Assembly: GCA_965178125.1 (NCBI GenBank)
Contig: OZ237773.1
Coordinates: 62,001-126,000, forward strand
Direction: 5' to 3'
DNA from: Bilabrum cf. latius
Lineage: Eukaryota
Length of the DNA stretch: 64,000 nt
Numbering within the stretch: the stretch's first letter is position 1; each line of letters opens with the position of its first letter. This document shows, piece by piece, positions 38,601-49,263 of this stretch. Under the pieces are notes generated by a model that saw only the letters and a list, made by a program, of their open reading frames with translations, did not search any database and was not told the origin of the DNA. The position numbers and the translations under genes are program-made.

Positions 38601-38808
38601 CGAAACGGCCCATTTGCACCAGGCTCACCTGGCTACCTTCCACGCGCATCAAGCGAGTATCAAAGGATGCAGCATTGTCGATTGATACCGTGCCATGGAC
38701 CATCGACATGCTGATCGTTTGGCCTCTGCAGTCCACCGAGGGGACAGTCGCCAGGGGCGCGCCAGCAACCAGCGAAACCGCGGTGACCCATGTCAGCTAC
38801 TGAAACAT
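35641..38808 (-). CDS. Secreted or membrane-anchored multicopper oxidase with a Ser/Ala stalk and C-terminal TM helix (3 exons, about 972 aa)
   Basis: All four Cu motifs are present: [27 protein letters not shown] and [12 protein letters not shown]. Introns 38499..38628 and 36447..36565 (both gtgag...cgcag) restore the frame. The start resembles a signal peptide ([16 protein letters not shown]). In-frame TAGs at 38797 and 37167. Stop TGA 35641. Confidence 0.9.
36608..36810 (-). repeat. Coding hexanucleotide microsatellite (ggcact/ggcacc)n encoding an (SA)n/(GA)n linker
   Basis: Directly visible run of more than 30 hexamers inside the oxidase gene. Confidence 0.95.
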
Positions 38809-38932
38809 AATTATGGCTGCGTTGAAAGTGTTGTCTCGTAAAATGATACAATGTCTTTATAGCTAACCCATATCTGGTCTCAGGTTGCTCTGGAACCGCA
38901 AACTTAAGCATAATGTGGACCAAGCTGCTAGC

Positions 38933-40537
38933 ATGTCGTTTATCACCGGATAGCATTCCGGTCGTGCCGTATGCGCACTTAAGCAGGATCTAGGCCAAGA
39001 CAACTTATGCATCATCTCACATAAGGGGCTGTAGCTCGTCGAGAAGTTTGATTTGACGAGACTACCCTTGGATTGTAGTCAATTGGAAGTGAAATGTTTC
39101 GACAACTTCGCCGTCACGGTCGGACGGAACCTTCGCCGAAATAGAGGAACGTTCCCGGTTGTGCTTCGCTGCGACACACGCTTCCCGAAGACCCTGGTCA
39201 GGCTTCGTTGCACACTGATTGCAGGCGCACTGAGAGGCCGCGGTGGTTTTGGTGATGCCTCGGAGATCGATGCCACCCTGGAGGCACGCAGGCAGCTTGG
39301 ACGGGCCATGGGAGGTGCTACATATCAAGGTGATAAGCGCAACGAGGAGACATTTCTCATATGCGCCGAGGGTGCCTCTAACCAGGCCATAAGAGCCATG
39401 TACGATGTGTATGGGATCCAGCATGGAGATGATGGGTATACTACAGAGCGCATAGTCACACGCGTTGACGAAGAAGTACGCGAAAACAAGGGTGGTAAAA
39501 AGCGCAAAGGCAAGAAGAAGAAACCGCCTGAGCCTGCCACAGATGCGCACCCTGTTGTATTCTTTCACCACTGGATGAAAACCACGCCCAAACCGGCCCG
39601 TGCTGCCGCACTCTTTCGCCAGATCCGGTATGGGAGGCCGGTTGAGCTGCGCATGGCTTGCTAGTACGGCGCCCGGGCGCTTCGCATATGCTGCAGATCA
39701 CCCTGGGATAGCCTGCGAATCATCGAAGCGGCGGCGGATGCGACCTGTGACGTGTCCGCCATGGTCGGACAGCGGCAGTGGAGCGGCCGTCCGGAGTGGT
39801 GCAGGCACGGTGACCCTGGCCACCACGTTTCCGCCGACAGTCTGAATGGGTCAGAGCAAGCAGATCCATTCACGGGGGAGAGCAAGGATCCGGTCGTGCC
39901 AGTTGGGAGGTGCAAGATCCCGTATCGCATGATTGCTCTCGAGACGCATTTCACGGAGGAAGTGAAACGTTACCGTGTATTGCATGGGATAGGTAACGTG
40001 GAACCGTAGAACGGACGGCCAGCGATTGGAGGTGCATCCAGTGGGCCCGGCACAAGCGGTGCTGCTGCCGGGCCCGCGCCTGCTGCAAGGTCATCAAAGC
40101 TTGTTGCACCTGCGGCTGAGACGGAATTACCATCGACTGCAGGGTGCGAGGAAAGCGTGGAGTCGATTCAGAAGGCTATGGAGGAGCGACAAAGACTGGG
40201 AGCATCCTGTGGATGCAGAGAGCTGGACATGCAGGCGGCCAGGCTTGAGGAGATGTCAGTGTGGGAGAAATTCGACAGGCTAGTGGCGTGGAAAACTGCC
40301 AGAAATGCGCACAGGGACGCTCAGCTGATGTTCCAAGCGGCCAAAGAAGGGAGGCCCATGGAGCTGGTCAAGCGGCTCAGGCTCGGTGTACTCGCTGGAG
40401 GTCACACGCGCCGGTTCGCTGTCACAGGGGCAGCGGGTGAAGTTACTCAAATATCCGCGCTGGAGGCAGCTCGGCTTGGGGGACATGATGAGTGTATTAA
40501 CCTTAAGGTGCTGGATCTTCATTCGGGGCAGTCCTGA
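38933..40537 (+). CDS. Hypothetical protein with degenerate ankyrin-like motifs (about 534 aa; start tentative)
   Basis: Track ORFs 39053..39664, 39752..40009 and 40157..40537 are in one frame, with TAGs at 38951, 39032, 39662 and 40007 and stop TGA 40535. LMFQAAKEGR.MELVKRL and SALEAARLGGHDECINL resemble ankyrin repeats. Confidence 0.6.
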
Positions 40538-40698
40538 CTGTGTCCAGCGGAACCGACCAGATCCTAAGTTAGCCCTAATTTGGATAGGGGTTGTAGGTCG
40601 AATTAAACGTGTTGAGTTAGGCCTAGAATCATCCGGATTTCCACAATCCCAGTTCGATCATGGTATCCCGGCATTCAATTGGCTGCACGGTCTTCCTA

Positions 40699-43380
40699 TC
40701 ACACCGCCGTTGCTCTCATCTGCCCCCCAGAACCCGAAGATCCCCTTCCTCCCCTCCTACCAGGACTCGCAGCGGGCGCACCAGCACCCCCACGCCCATG
40801 GCCCCTAGTGCCCTCTGGGCTCCTGCTCTCCTCCAGCCCGATGAACCCTGCATCCATCCCCATGTCCATGTCATCGCTTGCCGTCCGTGACCCAACCCGG
40901 AGCCTCCTCTGCTGCTCCCGGAGCACCGCCTCGTCCAGGCGGCGCTGCATGTCGCCGCCACTCGCCCCGCCGAGGTCGTCATCGTCCGAGTTCAACCGAG
41001 CGGAGGAATCGCCGCCCATGCTCTTGTGCCGGTCAGCGCCGCTTTGACCACGCCCTTTGGGGGCAAATGTCATCTCCACGTCCTAGTCGTTGGACGGCCG
41101 CAGCGCCGACTGCCCGAAGAACCCCTGGTCCCCAAACCCGATGGATTCCATGACTCCCCTCGCCCCATTCTCCCCGTCATCCTCCTTTACCCCGTCCGCT
41201 CGAGCCCGGACGCCCGTTTCCACACCAGCAGCGTTGTCATCGTCAGCCAGCCCAGCCGTGAGGAAGATGCTCGGTTTAGGGTTGACGAGGTCCTCGGTCT
41301 GAAACCGGGCCAGCACAGCCTCGCTAATCCCCTGGACGTCGTACAGGTCGGGGCTCGTTGCAGTGATGTACTGCTGGTAAATGTACCTCAGCGGGCACGC
41401 GTTCAGCGCCAGTGCCTGCACAATGGTGGTGCTGACTGCAAGCAGCGCCATGGACGTGACGAGCTGAATGAGGAGTGCCTGCGCGTCCGCCTGCCCGATG
41501 ATGCCAGTTTGCAGCACCTGCACCCGGATCCCTCTCCTATCTATGGTTGTTCTCTCGGTCAGGTCCGTGCTCTCCACGGTTTCTCCGTCCTTGGCCTCCA
41601 CACCGATGGCCCAATAGGGGCTGATCCGGTACCGGATGTCGTTGTCGTTGAAGGTGGCGTCGCTGCGAGGGCAGGATCAGGATGGAAAAGAGGCAAGGGC
41701 GGTGTGGTGGCGCGGGCCCAAACGGAGCACACGTGACGTCACAGTGCAATGCATGCTGTAGGGTCAGGCACACATAGCGATGGGAACAGGTGAGCCGTTG
41801 CACACGTTGACTACATGACTACGTGCCGATGCCGATGTCTCTCACTTCCGGTACTCTATCTCCACGACGAGGAGCATGCCGGCTTCCCGCAGCGTCTGAA
41901 GGTTGCCGCTGTCGATGTCTTCCTGGCTAGGGGCACCCTTCTCACGAATCGTGCCGTCCTCGTTGACCCTGTTCCACAAGTCTAGCGAGGGCACGCCTGC
42001 CAGGCTCATGAGCACCTGCATGGGGATGCGGTCGACCTCGCCCTCCAGCCCCACGACGACTCCTTCCGCCTCGCACTGTTCCCTGGAGACGTAGTGGCCA
42101 AACTAGGGGTCGCACGGGTCCACATCGTTTAGCGACTCGCAGTCGTCTTTGTCCTCGCACTGCCTCACCAGCTGCCCGATCATGGTACGGCCGGGGATGT
42201 ACCGGTTGAACTCAGACACGGACAGCAGGTGGTTTATCTCCAGCGTGAACATCTCTGCGCCCCAGACGTAGTGCGGCATCTCTTCCGTATTGGTGGTCTC
42301 GTTGTTGGCTGGCTCGTACTGGCACTGCCTCTCGAGCAAAAACGGGCAGTCGTCCCTCTTGTTCTCGAAGGTGTTGGTGACCACAGTAGAGAGGAAAATG
42401 CTGTTGGGCTCCTCCCGGGATGCGTCCCGCGCGTCTACAAACTGGCAGAAGCGCCTGCGGGAACGGGGGAAATTGGGAAATAATTCGAATATTGGAATTC
42501 ATCGAGAGCGTGCGACGAAGCCGAATAGGCATTAGCTGCCCAAGTCACGCAGTTGCATGCCTCCCTGTCTGCATGCATGCAGCCGGTCCGGTCCGCGATG
42601 CATCCTATACTCACTGCGGGGCTTGGAACTCCGGCCACCGGCGGCCGTTGCGGTTCCAGTCGATACTACCGCTCGTGCTGGCGTAGGTGCGGCCAGTGTA
42701 CGCGGAGGGATTCGGGTAGGCGGTCTCGTTCGCGAACTCGATCGGGAGGCAGTACTGGGAGCCCTCCGCGGTCGGGAAAAACGTGTCAAAGACGCCGGTG
42801 CTCGGCTCGCGGACGGTCATGCGGGCAAACCCACTAACTGGAACGTTGACACGGTAGCCGCGATTGTAAATCACCACAAATCCAATCTGTGGGCGCGGTA
42901 AAGGTCGAACGAGCGGCCCTCTAGACGATGGATGTGGACCACAGAGCAAAAAAAGCAACCTACAGGAAACTATGTGCAACGGCTTCGCGTTGTATCAGTA
43001 CTCTCACGATGTACCCAAAGATTACAAAGCTAAGACAGCAATTAAGCCCCCCCAGTCGCCTGCAATAAACGTACAGGCAAGCCATCGTGCGGATCGGGAT
43101 AGTAAGGTCGAAGGATAACTCAAGATGCGCACAGGTCAAGTTATGCATTGCAAGCACGATTTAAGAGACATGCATAACAACTAGCCACCCATTGGCATAC
43201 TCCTCGTATCCACATTTGTATGAGGTTAGGTGCGGCAGTCGGGATCTGATGCCTGCTGTAGGGCTACCATTCTCACCGATCCTTGATTCGAACAGTGCGC
43301 TGTAGATTCACACTGAATATATCGTCTAGATCGTATGAGCCCAACGGGAGCGCGCAGCACTGAGGCTCATCTTTCGGCAT
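40699..43380 (-). CDS. P2X purinoceptor-like ion channel (5 exons, about 666 aa)
   Basis: Exons 43277-43380, 43008-43059, 42615-42886, 41846-42454 and 40699-41662, all joined by gtgag...cag introns in phase. Motifs DLDDIF...VRIKDRRLG, TM1 (FVIFGYIIGFVVIYNRGY), LREAGMLLVVEIEYRN and DRRGIRVQVLQTGIIGQ...LLIQLVTSMALLAVSTTIV (TM2) resemble Dictyostelium-type P2X. TAGs at 42103 and 41083. Stop TGA 40699. Confidence 0.88.
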
Positions 43381-43675
43381 CGCGAATACTAAACTTGAAT
43401 TTTCCGCTAGAGAGCAAGACTGGCTCGAAACTACAGTCTGTTCGTATCAGCCTTCCGTGGTGCTACTAGCAATTTCAGCTAGTTGTCGTTTCAGTCGCTC
43501 ACGGCCGAAGACAGCGCCAAATTTGATGTCAATACTGCGAAATATCGAAACTGACCGCTTGCGACCACCCGCCGGCGGTCGCAACAAGCACAGAACCTTC
43601 GTGAAGAATGAAAGGACCGAGGTGCAGTATCACTGGCTTCCAGCTGACCAACTCACAACATTCCGAGCAATCGGT

Positions 43676-45811
43676 TCACGCAAGGTACCACTCGGAAGCC
43701 TCTCGCTGCCCGAACACGCCGGAGCACACGCACGCCAAGGAGTTGAGGTGCTGCACCTCAGACTTGCACCGAGCGGCAATGCTCGCAATCTCTTGTTCCC
43801 GCGCAGCTGCCCCCGCTCCGCTCAAAGCTGCGGCGCTGTCTCCGTGCGAGCGCGCAGACTGCAGCAGCGGACCCGCTCGCCGGAGCCACGAGACAAGTTC
43901 CGCGCGGCGCCGCGCAATCGCGAGTAGCAGCTCGCGGCACCGGGAGGCAACCGAGCAATCCACCGGCGGAGTGCACGCCGCCAGGATCCCAAACAGCCAC
44001 GAGCCCGTCGTGTCTGACAAACCCGCGCGCGGGGCGGACCCCAATATCGACTCCGAGTCGCCCGCGGCCCCGGCCCCTCCCCCCGGGCTGGTGCCCAGTG
44101 CCCGCCTCAGATCCGTTCCCGCCGAGACCCGCTTGGCCCGCTCTGCCGCCATGGAACGGGCCGCTGCCACTAGCGATTTCGAGCGGCGGTGTGCGCTCAC
44201 CCTGCTCAGAATGCCCCGGCGCTGCCTCGATGTATCCGTTGAGCTGGCCGGGGGCACTGGGGGTGCCTGAGGTGTTTGGGCGGTGGCACCGGAGACTGCA
44301 GGGCCACCGGCCGGACGAACCCTCAGCGAACCTTCGCTCCTCACGGCCTTGGGGGCTGCCTCGCCGGAATCGATATTGGCGCGCATCGCTTGCTGGACTG
44401 CTGGCCCAGTCCTGCTGCTGTAGCACACAGGCAGCCCAGTGCCATCCGTTTCCCTGCCCCTCTTGCGACCAGTTGCGGCCGCAGCCCCAGTTTGACCCCC
44501 CTTCGCGCTCTTGTGCGTGAGACTAGAGTCTGTGGCGCTGCGTCGCAGTGCAATGCAGGCCTGATCAAGGGCGAAGGCGGACAGCGCCTGTGCCTCGTGG
44601 TGCCCCAGCCGCCCAAGAAAATGCGAGTCCGGTTTGGAGATATCCACTACTTCCGGTTTTGAAGATCGTTCAGTGTTGGGTGCACCAGAGGCTGCCCCTG
44701 TGATGGCACCCAGACCATCCTGCTCGTCTTCGTCCTCGTCCTCGTCACCCGCATCCATGCCCAGCTGCTGCGCCGACGCCCCTTCCGCCTTCGAGGCTAT
44801 GTTTCCACCCGCCCCCTCCGATGCACAATTGCCTGACGCCCCACTTCCAGCAGCAGCGCCATCAGCAGCGCCATCAGCAGCAGGAGCAGCAGGCACTGCG
44901 ACGGCACCGGCACCGGCACCGGCACCGGCACCCATCCCAAGCCTCCGGCCCCAGAGCGCCCTGTCTATTCGCACGCTACTTTTACGGGCCCCCTTTGCAC
45001 TGCTTGATGCGTGTGACACCCACACCCCCAGGTTCTTACTCGTCACACCGGCGTCGGCCTGGGACCAGCCGCTGCGCACAGCCTGAATGCGAGCACGAAG
45101 GCCCCTAAACCCCCCGAGCACCTGCTCGGTCCATGCCGGCGGCGGTAATCCAAGAGACGCTCGGTCGCTGGCCGTTGCATCGCTCTAGCTGGCACTGTAG
45201 CGTGTTCCGGATCGGTCAAAAACCTGCTCGGCATGCTCTGGCGGCCCCGCGCCGCCACCAGGGCTGCCGGTCGGGATGCGAGGGCCAACAACGAATGCAT
45301 CTTCGGAGCCGCCAGCGTGCGTGATCTTCCATTTGGATCCATTCGATTGGTATTCTTCTTCCATCGGCGCGCTTGGCTGCATGGCGTTCCAAGAGGGCGC
45401 ACCTGCTTCTGTTCCAGTGCCGCTCGCTGACGCGATGCCCGGGCCTGCGTGAATAGCACCAGACCCTTCTGACTGACTACTCCCTACGTTATCTCCCGTA
45501 TCGCAAACTTGGGCTTTTCGTGGACACCTGCCAAGACTCTCTTGGTGCGATCGCCACATGAACTCTTCTGCTGAACTTGGTGCTTCCCCAGCGGCCCAAC
45601 GCTAATTGGCCGCGGCTAATTCTAGGGGCGATAGTTGTGGCACAGGGAGTATCCCCATTGGCTTTGGGGGCCGCCTGTGACGCCGAGCCTGCCTTTGCTC
45701 TCGAGGGCGTGAGCCAGCAGTCGGTTCTGCAGGCCCCGGCGGTCTCAACGCCGGTCCAGCAGCACCAGCACCACCGCCAGTGCCTGCGCCTCCATCCATT
45801 GGCACACTCAT
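43676..45811 (-). CDS. GEMIN2: Gemin2/SIP1-like SMN-complex protein, about 711 aa
   Basis: Motifs APSSAEEFMWRSHQES..CP, PPPAWTEQVLGGFRGLR, SWLFGILAACTPPVDCSVASRCRELL and HLNSLACVCSGVFGQRE match the Gemin2 pattern. These motifs only join through TAGs at 45602 and 45185. Stop TGA 43676. Confidence 0.75.
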
Positions 45812-46088
45812 ACTGCAAGCAAGAACCTACTATGTGTGTCGCAGCAAGCGCTGAGTGGACTGATTCTGGAGTGATTTGTGGAACCCAGCCAGGCAGTGCT
45901 CCGAATCCAGGTCGGCTGGTGGTGCTGTGGGCGGTATGTGCATGAAAGGGAACGCTTCAATGCTGCGCGCAATGCAAACAATGATACACAATGCCCGCTG
46001 CCATCCTTCCCCTCCAACCCCACGCCGTCACGGCCCATTCCTGCCGCACGGCCTAGCCATCCAACACTACTTCCTAGGTCAACCATGC

Positions 46089-46834
46089 TCAAAGGATGCT
46101 CTTCTCCTCGCCCGTGGCGCCCTTCTCGCTGACGTACATACCATCAAGGAACTTACGGATATCCTTCTTGCGCACGAGGCACGCCTGGTGCAGGCGGGCG
46201 GCGGCCTGGGACACATCCTCGATCGCGTTGCCAGTCACGTTGTACTGGTCCTTCACGGAGGTGTCCTTCGCCACGGTCACTCCCTTGGGGATGCTGACAT
46301 ACCTAGGGCGGCGCTGGCCGATGAAGTTGCGGATCTCTACGGTCTGGTCCACTCCCTTGGTGCCCTCTAGGGTGATGGTCACGGGGAAATGGGCGTACGC
46401 GCAGCGCAGCCTGTAGGTGTATCCCTGCGTTCAAAATGACCCACACGATGATACAAAACAGTATGTGTGCAGTAAAGGCATGCAAATCGAAACTCTAATT
46501 CATGTCAGGCTACAGACAAACGACTAGTTCCAGCGCGTAGCAGCAGCAACTGTGTCGGAAGAGCCTCCAAACCCTATCTTACCTTGGTCACGCCAACCAT
46601 CATGTTCTTGATGTGCGTGCACACAGTTCGCAAGAAAGCGTTCTCCTTTCGGAGGCCGCCCCACACATCAATCTTGATGGAGGTGGCCGAGAGCTGGTCA
46701 ACGGAGCACTTGATGTGCTTGAACTCCCGGGTGAGCTCTCCATTGGGGCCAACCACGGTGATCTTGCGGCCCTTGCACTTGAAAGTAACACCCTCCAGGG
46801 CACGAACAATCTGGGTAGCCAGGATGGTCTTCAT
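46089..46834 (-). CDS. RPL9: 60S ribosomal protein L9 (uL6), 2 exons, 195 aa
   Basis: MKTILATQ...LTREFKH...LRTVCTHIKNMMVGVTK|GYTYRLRCAYAHFPV...EIRNFIG...GNAIEDVSQAAA...KDIRKFLDGMYVSEKG. Intron 46425..46582 (gtaaga...gcag). Stop TGA. No in-frame TAG. Confidence 0.97.
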
Positions 46835-47233
46835 TCCGACCGAATCTCTTCTGTGCTTGTTTGGTGGTCGGTGATCGGACTGAATCTGGTTTGGAAAAAT
46901 ATTTGTACAGTGTTGTTGTGTGTCCCAAAATTGAAGTATCTGTCCATCTGGCTTGAGGCCAATTACTTTAGTTGTGAGCATTGTATATCTAGTTTTCGTT
47001 TATAATTGTTATTAGTACGCTGATCCGCTTGCGATTCTGTTCGAATGTAGTTCCAAAAGGACCTGCAGCAGTACCCGTAGCATTGATGCTAGGCTTGCAC
47101 CGATTCTCCTTCAAATGTTTGGATAGCCTGATTTGTACCGGCTGGCACGCGTGTATAATTATGCTGCATACCGTAGTTGGCCCCCGTTGTTTGCCATGGA
47201 ATTGCGTCAAATGGTAGGATATGCAGGGCGGGC

Positions 47234-49224
47234 ATGGTCGCGAATGAGCAAGTTACGGAATCGCTGCATGCTGTCGATCTTGTTGTGCTACATGAGTGCT
47301 TAGCACCCCCAAACAGTTTCGAAGATATGTTGCTACGCATTCATTGGGCTGATTTCGACTTGCACCTTCTCCCGGCTACCATCACGCAGCTTGGCAAAAC
47401 GAATCGACCACTGGGTCTGATCCGAACACGGCCGCGGTACTGAACCAGGGTCCACACAGCTGGGAATCCCGGGTACAGACGGCGATAATAGCCCCTAAAT
47501 TTATTTGAATACCAGCAGTCAGCTGCTGCACCTCTTCTGCGCAGTCCGACCTGTGAGTGGCGAACCACAGCTCCCAACTCTCCAGGAGTGATGCACCGGC
47601 ACGGGCGCAGGGCGAGCGCGGGCGATGGAAGCGGTCAGGGGTCGCACTAGAGCGGACAGGCGCCCATGGACGGAGCAGGACCCCAGGGTTCGTTGCAGGT
47701 CACCATGCCCTCGCCATCGCCATCACCGTCACCATCGCCCCCGCCCCCTGTTGGAGTCGTAGGTGATCCCAGCGGCGTAAGGGGAATGGAAGGAGAGTCT
47801 CCCGTGGCCATGCAGCCAATGCAATCGTCCTTCAAGCTGCAGGACAGCTCTACCGCCAGCAGCGGTGCCGCGGCTCCGACGGCGTCCTAGTCATCGGACG
47901 TGCCCGCAGCAGCCCGCTCGTCACACCGAACCGGCCCAGCACGGATTTCCGTAGACACAGGTGCTCTCTTTCTGGACTCGAGCGGCGATCCTAGTTCCGG
48001 TTTACCGTCTCCGGTGGCCCGGGCGCGCGAAGCCTCGCTCAGGCGCCCGCCCTCCCCGGAGGCTGCAGCCAGCATGAGGCAGAGGCTGGAAAAAATCGCG
48101 GATGACGCGTGCGCGCTCCTGCGTGCCATTGGCTGCCACGACCTGGCAGCCAGAGAGGAGGCCCGACCGAAGAAAGAGTGGGCTGCGCTGCTACCCAAGC
48201 ACGCGGCCAGGGGCCCCGCCGCTGCGCTGCCTGGCGGTCGCAACCTCCTGAGATCCCTGGGCGGGAGCGCCCCATAGGGTGCACTGCATGGTGGTGCTGC
48301 CCCGAGCGGGCAGGTAAGGCTTCGGTCAACGCTGGACGGGTGGCAGACAGGCCAGGCGGGATCGGAGTCTTCGAGTGCGCCCAGCGGAGCCTCAAGCGGG
48401 ACTCGATCCGGGGATGTCGGCGGTGCTAGTCAGCCGGGCAGTGGTCGACATGAACGATCGAACCATGGATCAGCTGCGATGCAGAGCGAGGAATCTGGTG
48501 ACAATGCTGGTGGGGGCAGCAGCATCGTGGGTGGAGAGTCCTCGTCTTCTGCTCGAAGCAGCGTGCTGGGAGCCGCTTCTGCCATGGGTTGCGGGGATGT
48601 GGGTGTGCCCCACTACGCCGGCGACTGGCCCGGGTATGGTGTTGCGCCCGGAGACGGCTGTGCGCGTGCCCTTCCGTGGCTCGGGGAAGCCGAGGCGCTG
48701 CACGGCCTGGAGAACACGCGAGGTCTGCACCCCTAGTGCTACCACGACCCCACCTACTGGTACAGATAGCTCGGCCTGCCCCTGGGGGAGGGCCTAAAAG
48801 GTGCTCGGCTGCGGCTAGAGGAGGATAGGGAGCTTGCTAGGCTGCAGGAAGAGGCAAAGAACAGGCAGAGGAAGGAGGCAGCCAGGAGGGGGAGGGCCAG
48901 GGGGAGGGGGAGAGGCAGAGGACGAGGGAGGGGCAGAGGCAGGGGTAGGGGCAGGGGTAAGGCCTCTCCGGCCGCGAAAGGAGAGGACACGGCACAGGGG
49001 CTGCCTGCTGGCGCGGACCTGACGTCACCCTCCAGCCAGCTTGGATCGCAGGCGGGTGGGACCAGCAACCCTGGCACGCCCTCCACGCTGGAAGCAGCTC
49101 TGGCGCTCGCTGCCTCGTCAATCGATGCATCGCAAGGTGATGTGGTTCGTGCAGCATCTTCGATCACCGAACCAGAGGTGGGCGCCGTCTCAAGCACCGC
49201 AGACGGGACCGCGACCGGTGCTGC

Positions 49225-49263
<39 letters not shown>

